A stretch of DNA of 63,889 bases, filler included, from Octopus bimaculoides (taxonomy: Eukaryota): the NCBI RefSeq assembly GCF_001194135.2. It is 8 parts of 7 records of this genome, joined end to end, with 100 filler letters (N's around TTAATTAATTAA, not from the genome) between each part and the next. Parts side by side here need not be neighbours in the genome. Positions count along the whole stretch, not along the records: positions 49,106 to 54,963 come from NC_068988.1; positions 55,064 to 60,888 come from NC_069004.1; positions 60,989 to 62,763 come from NW_026389798.1; positions 62,864 to 63,889 come from NC_068988.1; 4 more parts are not named here. One strand, 5' to 3'. Shown piece after piece: positions 50,270 through 63,887 of this stretch; the stretch's first letter is position 1; each line of letters starts with the position of its first letter. The position numbers and the translations under genes are program-made. The notes below the pieces were generated by a model. It saw nothing but the letters and a program-made list of their open reading frames with translations. It was not told the origin of the DNA and searched no databases.

Positions 50270-50680
50270 AGTGTAGTATGGTTGTGTGGTTAAGAAGTTA
50301 GCTTTACAAACGCTGGTTTTGAGTTCAGTCCCATCGCACGACACCTTGGGCAAGTGTCTCCTGTTATAGGTCTGGACTGTCCAATACTTTGATAGTTAAT
50401 CAAGTAGACGGAAACTATGTAGAAGCCTGTCTTATACATATTTATGTGTGTGTGTGTGTGTGTACGTACCCTTTGTTGCCACATTGCTTGGCCACCGATG
50501 TTGGTTTGTTTACGTACCCATTAATTAACGGTTCGGCAAAAGAGTCCGATTGTATGAGTAATCGGATTGTTTAAAAGAATACGTACAGAGATCGGCTTTT
50601 TTCGACTAAACCTTTTCAATGAGTTGTCCCAGCATGGCCGCAGTCTAGTCACTGAAACCAAGTAAAAGAATAAAATGAGA
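50270..50680 (+). mobile_element. tRNA-derived SINE family A (head GGCGCAGGAGTGGCTGTGTGGTAAG, internal CA/TG microsatellite), near full length
   Basis: The same family occurs at about 1850-2015(+), 2666-3190(-), 5685-5860(-), 9090-9515, 17570-17710(-), 30295-30660, 33870-34000(-), 52725-52900(+), 55911-56110(+), 61080-61475(-) and 62500-62660(+). Confidence 0.8.
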
Positions 50681-50927
50681 AAGAGAGAGAGAAAATATAA
50701 ATGAAATGCTATTAACATTTCTAGTCAAGTGTCTTTGTCCTACGACCGCTTTGAAATGAAAGAGTATCTTTTGTGACTGCTTTTACAAAAGATGCCGAAA
50801 TCAAATATCTTTTTTTTTTTGTCTTATCTAAAAATACGACTACAAAATTACATAAACAGGAAGGAAAATAAGAAGTCCGTCCTACTCAGAGTAACATGAC
50901 CTTTTCTTCTTTCTTTCTTTGTTACAG

Positions 50928-50936
50928 GTTATGACA
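50928..50936 (+). CDS. Candidate 9-nt micro-exon (GT TAT GAC A)
   Basis: Long pure pyrimidine tract plus ttacag, donor gtaagc. Phase 1-1, compatible with 49125-49208. Confidence 0.35.
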
Positions 50937-51145
50937 GTAAGCCAATGCACAACGATAGAATAATAAAATAATGCTACGTCTTATCACTGTTGTGTTGGTG
51001 GTGTAAATTTAATAAACTCTTTCGTTTATGTAACGATGTTCATTTGCGTCGACTTGGTATATTATTTACCATAGGTTCTGCATTGGCACTGACTGAATTC
51101 GTTACTCATTATTCTTATGTTCCTATCTTGATGGCGAAAGGTTTA

Positions 51146-51598
51146 CAGTAATACCTCGACTAACGCGGGTGTTACGTTCTAAAAACCACCCGCGATAGGT
51201 GAAAATCCGCGTAGAAACAGTAGTGTATTTTTATAATTTGTATATATTTGTTTTATTATAAATACAAAACAACACCAGACACTGGCCTCCCGAGTTTCGT
51301 TTTCCATACAGTATATGCGATTCTTTGTTTACTCATCTACGGTACACTACGTATTTTGTTTTATTTATAAATTTTATTTAATGTTATACAGTGTAGTGCT
51401 GTACTGTATTTTTATTTATTAATTTTTAGGCGTGAAAATGCTTATTTTACCACAGAAATAATTAAAATCTAAAAAAATATGAATACCTATCGACCGCAGA
51501 AACCCGCGATAATCTGAGGAGTCCGCGGTATAAATTTACATATATTAGCCAGAAAAATCCGCGATGTACCGAGGGCGCGATATGGCGAGTGATCACTG
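51146..51598. mobile_element. Tigger/pogo-like MITE
   Basis: TA|CAGTAATACCTCG ... CGAGTGATCACTG|TA: imperfect TIRs with a TA TSD and internal CCGCG repeats. Confidence 0.75.
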
Positions 51599-52135
51599 TA
51601 ATATCACCTTTCAAAAGAAGTACAGTGGTTGGAAAGGGTTTAGGGTTTACTCAGCTAAATTTTTATGCGATATTATAGTTTCAAGTTAGGGCTAAGAAAC
51701 AAATGTAACAACGTAAAGCAGACGTAAATCGTTTTTTTTTTTTTCCATCTCGGGTGGGTCATCATGCCAATGAGAAACACGTGCTGGTTCTATCTCACTT
51801 TATTTTTTTATTTATCAATTAGTCAACCATTTCAGTAATTGATTGTCTGATTAATCGTTCAGTCAATCAATTAAAACTCATTGGCCGATATATAATATCG
51901 GTTTGTTTTTGTTTTTTTTTCTTCGCCGCATATTTATTTATAGTTAACTATTTTTAATGTTCCCTGCATTAAATAAGCTAACACTGGCTTACCCCTCACT
52001 CATTTTTGTTTTGTTTTTTTATTCCCAACCATTTTCATACGTTCTAAGTAATATGAAGCATTCCTTTCATAAGTCCGAAGTTGTCCTGGTGGTTGAAAAA
52101 AATTAAATCAGAGGGAAATGGCTGGCGTCTCTGAG

Positions 52136-52380
52136 TCACTGATTCTCTATGCCAATAACTGTTTCCTTTTTCATCTCAGAGTGAGAAAATTCTAAAAGTG
52201 AAGAGTGAGCAGTATTTCTCCAACGTTGCTGTTTATCTGCCGAAATGAATATTTCCTCTACACCCCTCTCTGTCCCTCCCTCCAATTCTTCCTTCCCTTT
52301 CTGAGTTTGGGGGTCATCTGAAGTATCAGAGGTCGACTTGAATCTATACAGAACAGAGCAGTAGCTGGCTATTATCATAC
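52136..52380 (-). CDS. Candidate terminal exon of an unknown gene (GMIIASYCSVLYRFKSTSD...KKETVIGIENQ*)
   Basis: About 80 open codons with non-repetitive, coding-like composition. The acceptor is weak. Confidence 0.3.
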
Positions 52381-55064
52381 CTACTTGTGATAACATCCAG
52401 TACGAAAGGCTAAAACTTCATAAATTTCAACGGAACTATAAACGCTGAGGTGTCGATGTCCACCAGTTGCGGTATTTGATACATAAATTTATCACCAGCC
52501 AAGTGCTCTCCCTCTCCGTCCGCGGGTTGACATTTAAACAAAACTTCTCTTTCTACTAATTCAGTTTTGTTTGTTTTTTGCTACTGTGTGTGTGTACAAT
52601 ATATTAATACAATAGCAGCAGGTGGAGGTGGTCGTTTTTTATATTTTTTAATCTCCGTGTCATCTTGATCGCACATACCTATGATCAAAAGTACTCCAGC
52701 TGTTTATATGTATAGTTCAGATATAGGCGCGGGCATGGCCGTGTGGTTAAGAAGTTCGCTTTGCAACCACGTGGTTTCGGGTTCGTTCCCACTCCTTGGC
52801 ATTTCGGGCAAATGTCTTCTACTACAGCCCCGGGCCGACCCATGTTTTGCGAGTGAATTTGACGGAAACTGTGAAAGCCCATCGTGTGTGTGTGTGTGTG
52901 TGTGGATGGATGGATAGTGTGGTATGNNNNNNNNNNNNNNNNNNNNNNNNNNNNNNNNNNNNNNNNNNNNNNNNNNNNNNNNNNNNNNNNNNNNNNNNNN
53001 NNNNNNNNNNNNNNNNNNNNNNNNNNNNNNNNNNNNNNNNNNNNNNNNNNNNNNNNNNNNNNNNNNNNNNNNNNNNNNNNNNNNNNNNNNNNNNNNNNNN
53101 NNNNNNNNNNNNNNNNNNNNNNNNNNNNNNNNNNNNNNNNNNNNNNNNNNNNNNNNNNNNNNNNNNNNNNNNNNNNNNNNNNNNNNNNNNNNNNNNNNNN
53201 NNNNNNNNNNNNNNNNNNNNNNNNNNNNNNNNNNNNNNNNNNNNNNNNNNNNNNNNNNNNNNNNNNNNNNNNNNNNNNNNNNNNNNNNNNNNNNNNNNNN
53301 NNNNNNNNNNNNNNNNNNNNNNNNNNNNNNNNNNNNNNNNNNNNNNNNNNNNNNNNNNNNNNNNNNNNNNNNNNNNNNNNNNNNNNNNNNNNNNNNNNNN
53401 NNNNNNNNNNNNNNNNNNNNNNNNNNNNNNNNNCATAAAGCGCGACGGGCCACGATCATCACCGTTAAGTACAAGTCCAGATATATGCACTTAATTTATG
53501 GGTGTTTGTTGGGGTCTAATATCATTCAAACGCTCCGATACCCCCCAGAATGCAAGAGGACTAATAGTTCAACTATTGACTTTTCAGATGATGTAAAACT
53601 TGCCGCCATTATATACTAAGAAGATATTTTAACTATATTTTTTTTTTTTTATTTGTGCATAGTAATCTCATTTTCATAAAATGTGCTCAGCAGTCCATGC
53701 TATGTAAGTGCAAATCCCAGCGCTTTATGGATTAATGACTAAAATAAAATTTAAAAAACAGTAAACACTAACTATAAGGACTCTTCTGGTTTGGCAAAAA
53801 AAAAAAGATTAACAACTTATCTATTTTTGTTCCCTAAGTTCATATTTGCGTGTGATGTGTGGCGAGTGTGGTTTAGTTTTGTTCAGCGAGCTTTACTTTC
53901 CTCGCTTTTCAACCTGGCTTTATAACCTTTACGTGACGACTGCGGCAAATTGACATGTGAGAAGGTAGATCTTACAGCATGAATGACGTTGGAATATGTT
54001 GAATGTCTAGAGACAACGGACATCATCAACTTAGAAGCCAGACTGGCGTAAGACGTCCACCTTTTAAAGAGGATTTTAGTTGTAGTTTTTACTTACAGTG
54101 CAAATAGGACAAGAGGAAACGATTGGTGCTGGCTAGAGTAAAGACAAATAAGTCACATATTTGACGTATTTCTTCATTCACACTGTCAGGTTTTTTGGGG
54201 GGTTTTTTGATTTTTGTTTTTTAACTTTCCTCTTGACACTTTTAGACATGCACGAGCGTTACAAAGGCACCCTCAATGGGATTTGAACTCCGAACGTAAA
54301 TAGTCGGAACAAATACCGCAAGGCATTTTCTATCGCTCTAATGATTCTACCAGCTTGCCTCTTTTATAATAACAGTAGATAATGCTAATTATTATCAAGG
54401 CCAGCAATTTTGAGGGGACGAGGCAAGTGGATTACATTGTTCTGTACTTATATTATCTACCCCGAAAGGATGAAAGGTAAATTTTGAACTCAGAATGTAA
54501 AGAGCTGGAAGAAATATCGCTAAGCATTAGGTCCTACGCGCTAACGATTCTGCCAGTTTGGCACCTTTAAAATACTAATAATAATTTTTCCACAAGGGCA
54601 GCAATCTTGGGAGTGGGGTTAAGTCGATGTAATCGACCCCAGTGTTCAACAGATACTTATTTTATCCACCCCGAAAGGATGAAAGGCAAAGTCAACCTCG
54701 GCGGAATTTGAACTCAGAACGTAGCAGCAGGCGCTTAGCGTTTCGCCCGGCGTGCTAACGATTCTGCCTGCTCGCAGCCTTAATAACAATTATTATTATT
54801 ATTTCTACTGGAAAAGCACAAGGCCTCGAATTTGGGGGAAGGGATTAAGTCGATTACATCGACTCCAGTACGTAACTGGTACTTATTTAATCGACCCCGA
54901 AAGGATGAAAGGCAAAGTCGACCTTGGCGAAATTTGAACTTAGAACGTAGCGGCAGACGAAATNNNNNNNNNNNNNNNNNNNNNNNNNNNNNNNNNNNNN
55001 NNNNNNNTTAATTAATTAANNNNNNNNNNNNNNNNNNNNNNNNNNNNNNNNNNNNNNNNNNNNA

Positions 55065-55095
<31 letters not shown>

Positions 55096-57169
55096 GCCTA
55101 TATATATATGCGTGTATATATACATAAAGACATATATATATTCACGCATATATATATATATATAGAAATATATACATATGTATATATTTGTATACATGCA
55201 CACATATACGTATATAGCTATGTATGTGCATGTATATTTATGCTTATATATGTGCGTGCGTGTGTGTGTATGTATGCATGTGTGTGCACGTGTGCATCTA
55301 TGTATGTATAATTATATGGAAGACAATGATGATAATATGCAAAAAAAAAAAGAATGAAAAATAACAGAAATTAAAAACAGATATATGAATGGTTTCCATC
55401 ATAAAAGGTAAAAGCATATTTAGAAGAAAAAACAAAAAAACAAAAATAAAAGTTTTAACTACAATTCATATAAAAAAAGATGTCTTCCTATTTTTGTCTC
55501 TTACTTTTGTTTTATTTTAGTTTATTTTATCTCGTCACCTCTTGACAACATGCAATACACAGGAAAACAAGATTGAATATTTTTATCTCTAATTTACACA
55601 TTTTACTGAAAGGAAATGCTTGATTAGCGTTTAATGTAAGAAACAAAAATTAAACAGAACAAAGCCATAACAATAAAGATATTAAAACACAAAATAAACA
55701 CAAACCAAATAAAAAATATACAGCAATCAAGCCAACAAACAAACGCCAGAGTGCCAGTGCACTTAGAAAGTTCGCTTCCGAACCACCTGTTCCTGTGTTC
55801 GATCCAACAAGACGTGTTAGGCTAAAAGTATCTTCTAGACTCTTGAGTCAACTAACAACTTGTGAGATGGAAATTGTGCAGATGCTTATTACATTTTATA
55901 TAATATATAAAGGCGCAGGAGTGGCTGTGTGGTAAGTAGCTTGCTTACCAACCACATGGTTCCGGGTTCAGTCCCACTGCATGGCACCTTGGGCAAGTGT
56001 CTTCTAGTATAGCCTCGGGCCGACTAAAGCCTTGTGAGTGGATTTGGTAGACGGAGACTGGAAGAAGCCCATCGTATATCTTTATATATAAGCCCGTCGT
56101 ATATATATATATATATATATATATNNNNNNNNNNNNNNNNNNNNNNNNNNNNNNNNNNNNNNNNNNNNNNNNNNNNNNNNNNNNNNNNNNNNNNNNNNNN
56201 NNNNNNNNNNNNNNNNNNNNNNNNNNNNNNNNNNNNNNNNNNNNNNNNNNNNNNNNNNNNNNNNNNNNNNNNNNNNNNNNNNNNNNNNNNNNNNNNNNNN
56301 NNNNNNNNNNNNNNNNNNNNNNNNNNNNNNNNNNNNNNNNNNNNNNNNNNNNNNNNNNNNNNNNNNNNNNNNNNNNNNNNNNNNNNNNNNNNNNNNNNNN
56401 NNNNNNNNNNNNNNNNNNNNNNNNNNNNNNNNNNNNNNNNNNNNNNNNNNNNNNNNNNNNNNNNNNNNNNNNNNNNNNNNNNNNNNNNNNNNNNNNNNNN
56501 NNNNNNNNNNNNNNNNNNNNNNNNNNNNNNNNNNNNNNNNNNNNNNNNNNNNNNNNNNNNNNNNNNNNNNNNNNNNNNNNNNNNNNNNNNNNNNNNNNNN
56601 NNNNNNNNNNNNNNNNNNNNNNNNNNNNNNNNNNNNNNNNNNNNNNNNNNNNNNNNNNNNNNNNNNNNNNNNNNNNNNNNNNNNNNNNNNNNNNNNNNNN
56701 NNNNNNNNNNNNNNNNNNNNNNNNNNNNNNNNNNNNNNNNNNNNNNNNNNNNNNNNNNNNNNNNNNNNNNNNNNNNNNNNNNNNNNNNNNNNNNNNNNNN
56801 NNNNNNNNNNNNNNNNNNNNNNNNNNNNNNNNNNNNNNNNNNNNNNNNNNNNNNNNNNNNNNNNNNNNNNNNNNNNNNNNNNNNNNNNNNNNNNNNNNNN
56901 NNNNNNNNNNNNNNNNNNNNNNNNNNNNNNNNNNNNNNNTTTCATCCTTTCGGGGTCGATTAAATAAGTACCAGTTACGCACTGGGGTCGGTATAATCGA
57001 CTTAATCCGTTTGTCTGTCCTTGTTTGTCCCCTCTGTGTGTAGCCCCTTGTGGGTAGTAAAGAAATAACACATCCCAAAAGACAGTGAAATGGAAGTGGT
57101 ATCTCAAAGCTGTTAGGCCAGGCATGCCACGCCTAATTTCAATGGTTATTTTAATTTCTTTTGTTAAGC

Positions 57170-58060
57170 TAGGAAGTAAAAATAGCAACAACGACAGCGG
57201 CAGTAAAGCAATATCAACACGCAAGAACAACAAAAATAACAACAATTAGCAACAGAAAGGGAGACAATGCGAAAAAAGAGCATCAGAGATGACAATGTTA
57301 GCAATGGCTACAAGAGTAAAAGAGCATAATAACAATAACGAGTGGACGTATTTAATGAAGACAAGAAAAACAGCAACGATAACAAAGGCAAAAAGTACAA
57401 CGGCAACCATATTGCTAACAATATTAGCAACACCAACATCAATAATGAAAGGAAAAACAATTGCAACAACGAAACAACAATGGCAACTACGACGATTACT
57501 GACAACAGCATGACAAGAAACAACAACAACAAAGAATACAACGACAGAAGCTAAAACTCCTAATATTCACAAATCTAACAACAACAACAACCATAGCAAC
57601 GATAGCAGTTGGAACAACAAGAATAGCATATGCAGAAGAATAGCTGTAGCAACAAAAACAATTACTACAAAATAAATAAATAGATAAATAAATAAATAAA
57701 TAGCTACAATATGGCAAAAACGAAAATAACGGCAAACCAACGATGGCACCGGCAACAAGAAGAACAACAACAATAAGAAATATTGCCAACAGTAACAACA
57801 GTAATAACAACAAAAGCAACAACATAACTGCAACAATAACAACGTCAACAGCTGCAACAAAAAACCAATCAAAATGGCGTGCGTCATTTGATGTGTTTCG
57901 AATATGGAAGTCAACATTACCGGTGTGATGATAAGGAAGAAAGACAAACGTTAACAGCAACAGTAACAGCAGTAATAACAACAACAATAATGAATTCAAT
58001 TATTAATAATGATACGGATAAAGATCACAATAAGAATAATTACAATAACAACATCAATTA
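57170..58060. repeat. Cryptic (AAC/AAT/AGC)n low-complexity tract
   Basis: About 900 bp of degenerate trinucleotide repeats producing spurious poly-L/N/T ORFs. Confidence 0.85.
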
Positions 58061-58168
58061 AAAATATGAAAAGGTAACGAGTCCAGTTTTTGAATATTTC
58101 TAGACCCACTCCTCTCTGTTATTTTATTCCTTCTACGCATTATTGCAATCAGAATGTTGTTCGTTGGT

Positions 58169-58219
<51 letters not shown>

Positions 58220-58222
<3 letters not shown>

Positions 58223-58778
58223 GTGAGCGAAAGAGCAGTGCATGCCTTCAAAGTGACACTGGGGTAAAATACACGAAGCCCAGTATACCCATCATGACTA
58301 CCCGTCTGATAAGGATAAACCAGGCACATGCATCTCAACCACATGTGCATGACATGGTGATTGCATATCAAGATAAACAACGCATGACCTTGCATGAGAG
58401 ACCCAGTTAGAATATTTTTCTGGTCGAGTAGCCCATCCCGCTCAAGAGGACCCTGAATAAAGGTTGTTTGAGGATGTCCAACGAAATAGTCATGTTTCCA
58501 AAGGGGAATTATTCAAACCCCAAAGAATCCTTTTCAACACATGGCTATGATACTCCCCCACTACTTCTGCTCGTGATCAGAGAGGCACATATTGTCAGCC
58601 AGTAAGGGACATGCTCAACTGGTTAAGGTCAAGCAACTGACAAGCAAATCTGTGGTATTGAACAGAATATTTGCTGTAGCCCATCTTTTATACCAAGACA
58701 GAAAAATGTACAGGATAACACTTCCAATCAATTAAGATCAGAAGCCATGAGAGCCACTGCCTGGTACTGCATCCGGGC

Positions 58779-58780
<2 letters not shown>
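58220..58780 (-). mobile_element. Non-LTR element 3' end flanked by (TAA)n on both sides (family F)
   Basis: Near-identical sequence at 37970-38155 and 19540-19720. The 3' end reads ...CTCTCACTCAATAATAAT. Confidence 0.65.
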
Positions 58781-58848
<68 letters not shown>

Positions 58849-59559
58849 TCACTTGATATTATTTACATTATTATTAATATTATCAAAATCAGAAATAATT
58901 TCTTCTTACTAATAGTACTAATAGCATCATCATTGTCATCATTATTATCATCATCGTATTCTTTTCCTCTTCCTCATCTTCTCCCTCCACCTCCTCTTCT
59001 CTCTCCACTTCCTCTTCTCTCTCCACCTCCTCCTCTTCTCCCTTCTCCCCCTCTTCTTCCTTCTCATCTTCTCATCTTCTCCATTCTCCTCCTCTTCTCA
59101 CTTCTCTTCTTCTCCCTTCCTCACATTATTCTTATTATTTTTCTTATTATTTTTCTTATTACTATTAGTAGCAGCAGTTACAGTATTAGTATTAGTAGTA
59201 GTAGTAGTAGCATCAATAGAAATAGTTGTAGCAGCATTTTTATTGGTGTTGTTACAAAAATTAAACGCGTTAAGAAAACTTGTTACAGATATTTATTTCA
59301 AAATTTATATAATTTTTTTTATAAGTTATTTTCGATTCATAGTAATTAACGTCACTTGACATAGTAATTAATTGATCAGACAAAGTTAGCATATCACACA
59401 AAAAGAAAAACAAAACAAAAGACAAGCAAGAAATTCAAATCAACCACAAACACATAAGCACACAGCAATCACACATACACACAGACTCACGCATATATAT
59501 ATATATACACACACATATATATATGTATGTATAATATATATGTGTGGGTATATGTATAT

Positions 59560-59612
<53 letters not shown>

Positions 59613-59663
59613 TATATATGTATGTATAATATATATATGTGGGTATATGTATATATATATACG

Positions 59664-59700
<37 letters not shown>

Positions 59701-60064
59701 GTATATATATTTATGTATGTATATATATGTGTGTGTGTGTTTGCATGTATATAGATAACATTAAAAACAGAATGAAAGGGAACAAGTTCAGTGAAAACTC
59801 TTTAATTTTAACAAACCCAAGATTTGATTTAGTATACCTACACGCATGCACATACAAACATACGTACATACATTCATGCATACATACATTCATACATTCA
59901 TACATACATGCAAACAAACACACACGTATTTATAGGCGTATATGTAATTACTTAGACATCGGCTAATATATGCACACGCACAAATATATATTTATAGAGA
60001 CATAGAANNNNNNNNNNNNNNNNNNNNNNNNNNNNNNNNNNNNNNNNNNNNNNNNNNNNNNNNN

Positions 60065-60107
<43 letters not shown>

Positions 60108-60245
60108 GTTTGTGATGTGTTTATGCATGTTGTTTGTGTTTGTGAAAATATAATCGAAATGTTAGTGGAGAAGAGAACCCTGACATGACGAAAGAGGATA
60201 GGAAACTGTTTAGCGGACAATTTCTCGTAAATCATTTCTCAAATA

Positions 60246-60311
<66 letters not shown>

Positions 60312-60835
60312 TGATCGATCGATCTAACTATGCCTCCAAGTATCAACATATCTATTTACATATATATATCGATAAACACAATGCTAAATATGCATACTCA
60401 CAAGTTACATAACAGCTTACTCATCTGTTTATTGATGAAAAAAAAAATAACTGACTATATTATTTCTTTCAAACATTTTTTCACTATATTGGTTTTTTTT
60501 TCATGTTCAATTTTATTACGCATAATGACTGATTTCCGCCTTTTCGGATGGTTCCATCAATACTCCTTGTGTTTCTTCCAAAATATTATTTTCTCATCGC
60601 TCTTGTTGCCTTCTAATGCCATTGTAGAGATATTGGTAATCAAAATACATTTCTTTTATCAAAAATCTATGGACGAATTTCCATTGTATTTTAAATGTTG
60701 TTCATCTTCAGAAATTTCTTCAAAGAGATGATTTAACAGCGTATCGTGAAAAAAAAAATTTTACTCATACACACATATGTATATATGCATGTTAGTACGT
60801 ATGCATATATATGTCTGTAAATATATGAATAAGTG

Positions 60836-60888
<53 letters not shown>

Positions 60889-63816
60889 NNNNNNNNNNNN
60901 NNNNNNNNNNNNNNNNNNNNNNNNNNNNNNNNTTAATTAATTAANNNNNNNNNNNNNNNNNNNNNNNNNNNNNNNNNNNNNNNNNNNNTGTGGTTGGTAA
61001 GCAAGCTACTTACCACACAGCCACTCCTGCGCGTATATTATTAGAAATTGTATAAAAAACCAAAATATTTTGTGTATTCATCTTTTATCTTTTACTTGTT
61101 TCAGTTATTTCACTGTGGCCATGCTGGAGTACAGCCTTCAAGAATTTTTAGTCAAATGAATTGACCTCAGTACTTTTTTTTTAAGTCTGGTATTTATTCT
61201 ATCGATATCTTTTTGTCGAACTTCTAGGTTACAGGGACATAAACACACCAACATGAGTTGTCAAGCGGCGGTGGGGAACACACACCGATACAAAGTTTCA
61301 CACACACACATACGATGGGCTTCTTTCAGTTTCAGTCTACCAAATTAACTCACAAGGTTTTGGTCAATCCGAGGCTATAGTAGAAGACACTTGATCAAGG
61401 TGCCACAGAGTGGAACTGAACACGGAACCATGTGGTTGGGAAGCAAGGTTTTTTAGCACACAACCATATCTGTGCTTATTTAAAAATAAAAAAAATCCTA
61501 TTGCATTTTTATAATGAAATATTATTAGGAATTAAAATATTTTGTGTATTGTAGAAGTTTAAGCTATTTATTGCACATAAATTTGAACAACAGTCTTATA
61601 TGGACCGCCAAGGGTCATGTAGACACTGGTGGAGAACCACTGCCATAGGCAAACGAAAGGGTCTCTATGTGACCGTCAGGAATGCTAGAAACAACAGCTG
61701 TATTTCTCTCAAATCATATCTTCACTGTCATAAGAAAGGAAAGGATTTGTCGATCAGTCGTTGATGAGATTTTTACAGCTGGATTGGATTTGAGTGTAAC
61801 TCTGCTGGATTAGGACGGAGATGGAGGTTAAAACAAAAGCACTACCACCACCATGACCACCACCAACAACAACAACAATAATGAATAATTATCTCAACAA
61901 GACTAAGTATAGTTAAATTGCATTTGTAATATGTTGTCTAGTGAGAATTATAATGAATGTCTATTGATGTTTATCAGATAATCCTCTCGGTAAGATTAAG
62001 CATAACAGATTACGTCATAAGCTGTGTGGCGTAATCTCTGATTAATATCATCTAGCTTTACACATCAGTTCAAAGTGTTTTCACCCAAAGATTGGGCAGC
62101 ACTAATTTATATATTTACAATCACGTAAATAGATTAAATTCTGATTTGATGTAAAAAATGAAAAAAACAATGAAAATAAATCTATTTACTTAATCTGGTT
62201 GTAAATTAGCTTAATTGTTTAAATTATGGGGATATGCATTCAGATTTGTAGAAAAATACCTTTGGCATTTCGTAAGCATAAGTTTGTCTTAGTCTTTCAT
62301 ATATTTATCTATTTCTGTATTTATTTTTACAAGTGATTTGTTTAAATGTATGGCATGCTTTAGATAGCTTTTTACAGATATTTGTACGGATTAAAATATG
62401 GGACAAAACACACCACCCTGTTTAACAGCACGAGCTGGTCACTGCGTACTTTTACTAGAATTTGTTCTCTTGTAAGTATTTAACCAAAACCAGCAATGGG
62501 CGCAAGCGTGGCTCTGTGGCAAGAAATTTGCTTCCTAACCACATGGTTTCGGGTTCAGTCCCACTGCATGATACCTTGGGTAATTGTCTTCTATTCTAGC
62601 CTCGGGATGAGCAAAGCCTTGTGAGTGGATTTAGTAGATGGAAACGGAAAGCTCATCATTTATATATATATGAGTAATAAGGGTAAAAATTGATATTAAT
62701 TAGATTAAAATCTATTAAAACCAGTGGCCTAGCATATTGAAAAAAATCTGAAGATTCAGAAAANNNNNNNNNNNNNNNNNNNNNNNNNNNNNNNNNNNNN
62801 NNNNNNNTTAATTAATTAANNNNNNNNNNNNNNNNNNNNNNNNNNNNNNNNNNNNNNNNNNNNGACGACGACGACAACAACAACAACAACAGTAGGGTGT
62901 GGTGGCGTGTGATATTTGGGCGGGTGTGGTGGGAAGGGAATTCAGTTGCTATTTTTAGCAGGTCAACACGTCTTCCTTTATTAGCTCAGTCTTCATCATG
63001 CTGATTCTGGGGCTGAACAACAGCAGCAGCAGCAGCAGCAACAACAACAAGAACTATCAATGGCACCAATAGTAAACAAATAAGCATTTACATAGTTACT
63101 AAAAACCCACTAGAAGCAACAGCCAAATCTCACTCAAATTTCATTTTGCTATCTTTTATTCTAACCAATCTGAAACATACAAGACAATGATGTTGATGAT
63201 TTTGTAATACAAATAATATATGAGTATATGCATATATATGTACATGTATATACATACCTTCATCTACATGTAAATATAGATGCATATCTGGGTACATGAT
63301 GTTGCAAAAAAACATGGACAAAATGATAAACAAGGTACAGAAAACACACAGGCCACATAGAGAACATTTCCTTCATCAGCTGCCACCATTATAACACTGG
63401 CGTTTCAAAGAGTTAGGGCAGGACGCGTCATTACAATGGCTCTTCCCACGGACACAAATAAATTTGTTCCATGGAGGAATGTAGTGGCGGACAGAAAACA
63501 AGACAGGAAAACGAAACAGTAAGATAAACAAACAAAGAAGGCTATACGGCCAGATGCGAAAAAGTATGTGTATATTGAATGCTGTGAAGCACGAACTGGA
63601 ATGAAACGGGACGAGGAACGTTCGTGTGTGCTTGGCGGGGCAAAGATATTGATAAGAATTAGTAGCTGGACACATGTGACCAGCGAGGGGTAGGGAGAAA
63701 GAGTGGTAGAGGGAGAAAAAGGGAAGGAAGTAGAATATAAGTGAGCAACGAGAGAGAGAGAGATATAGTAGAAGGGGAGCGGTGAAGAACAGTAGAAGGA
63801 AGAATGAGAGGGGGAG

Positions 63817-63887
<71 letters not shown>

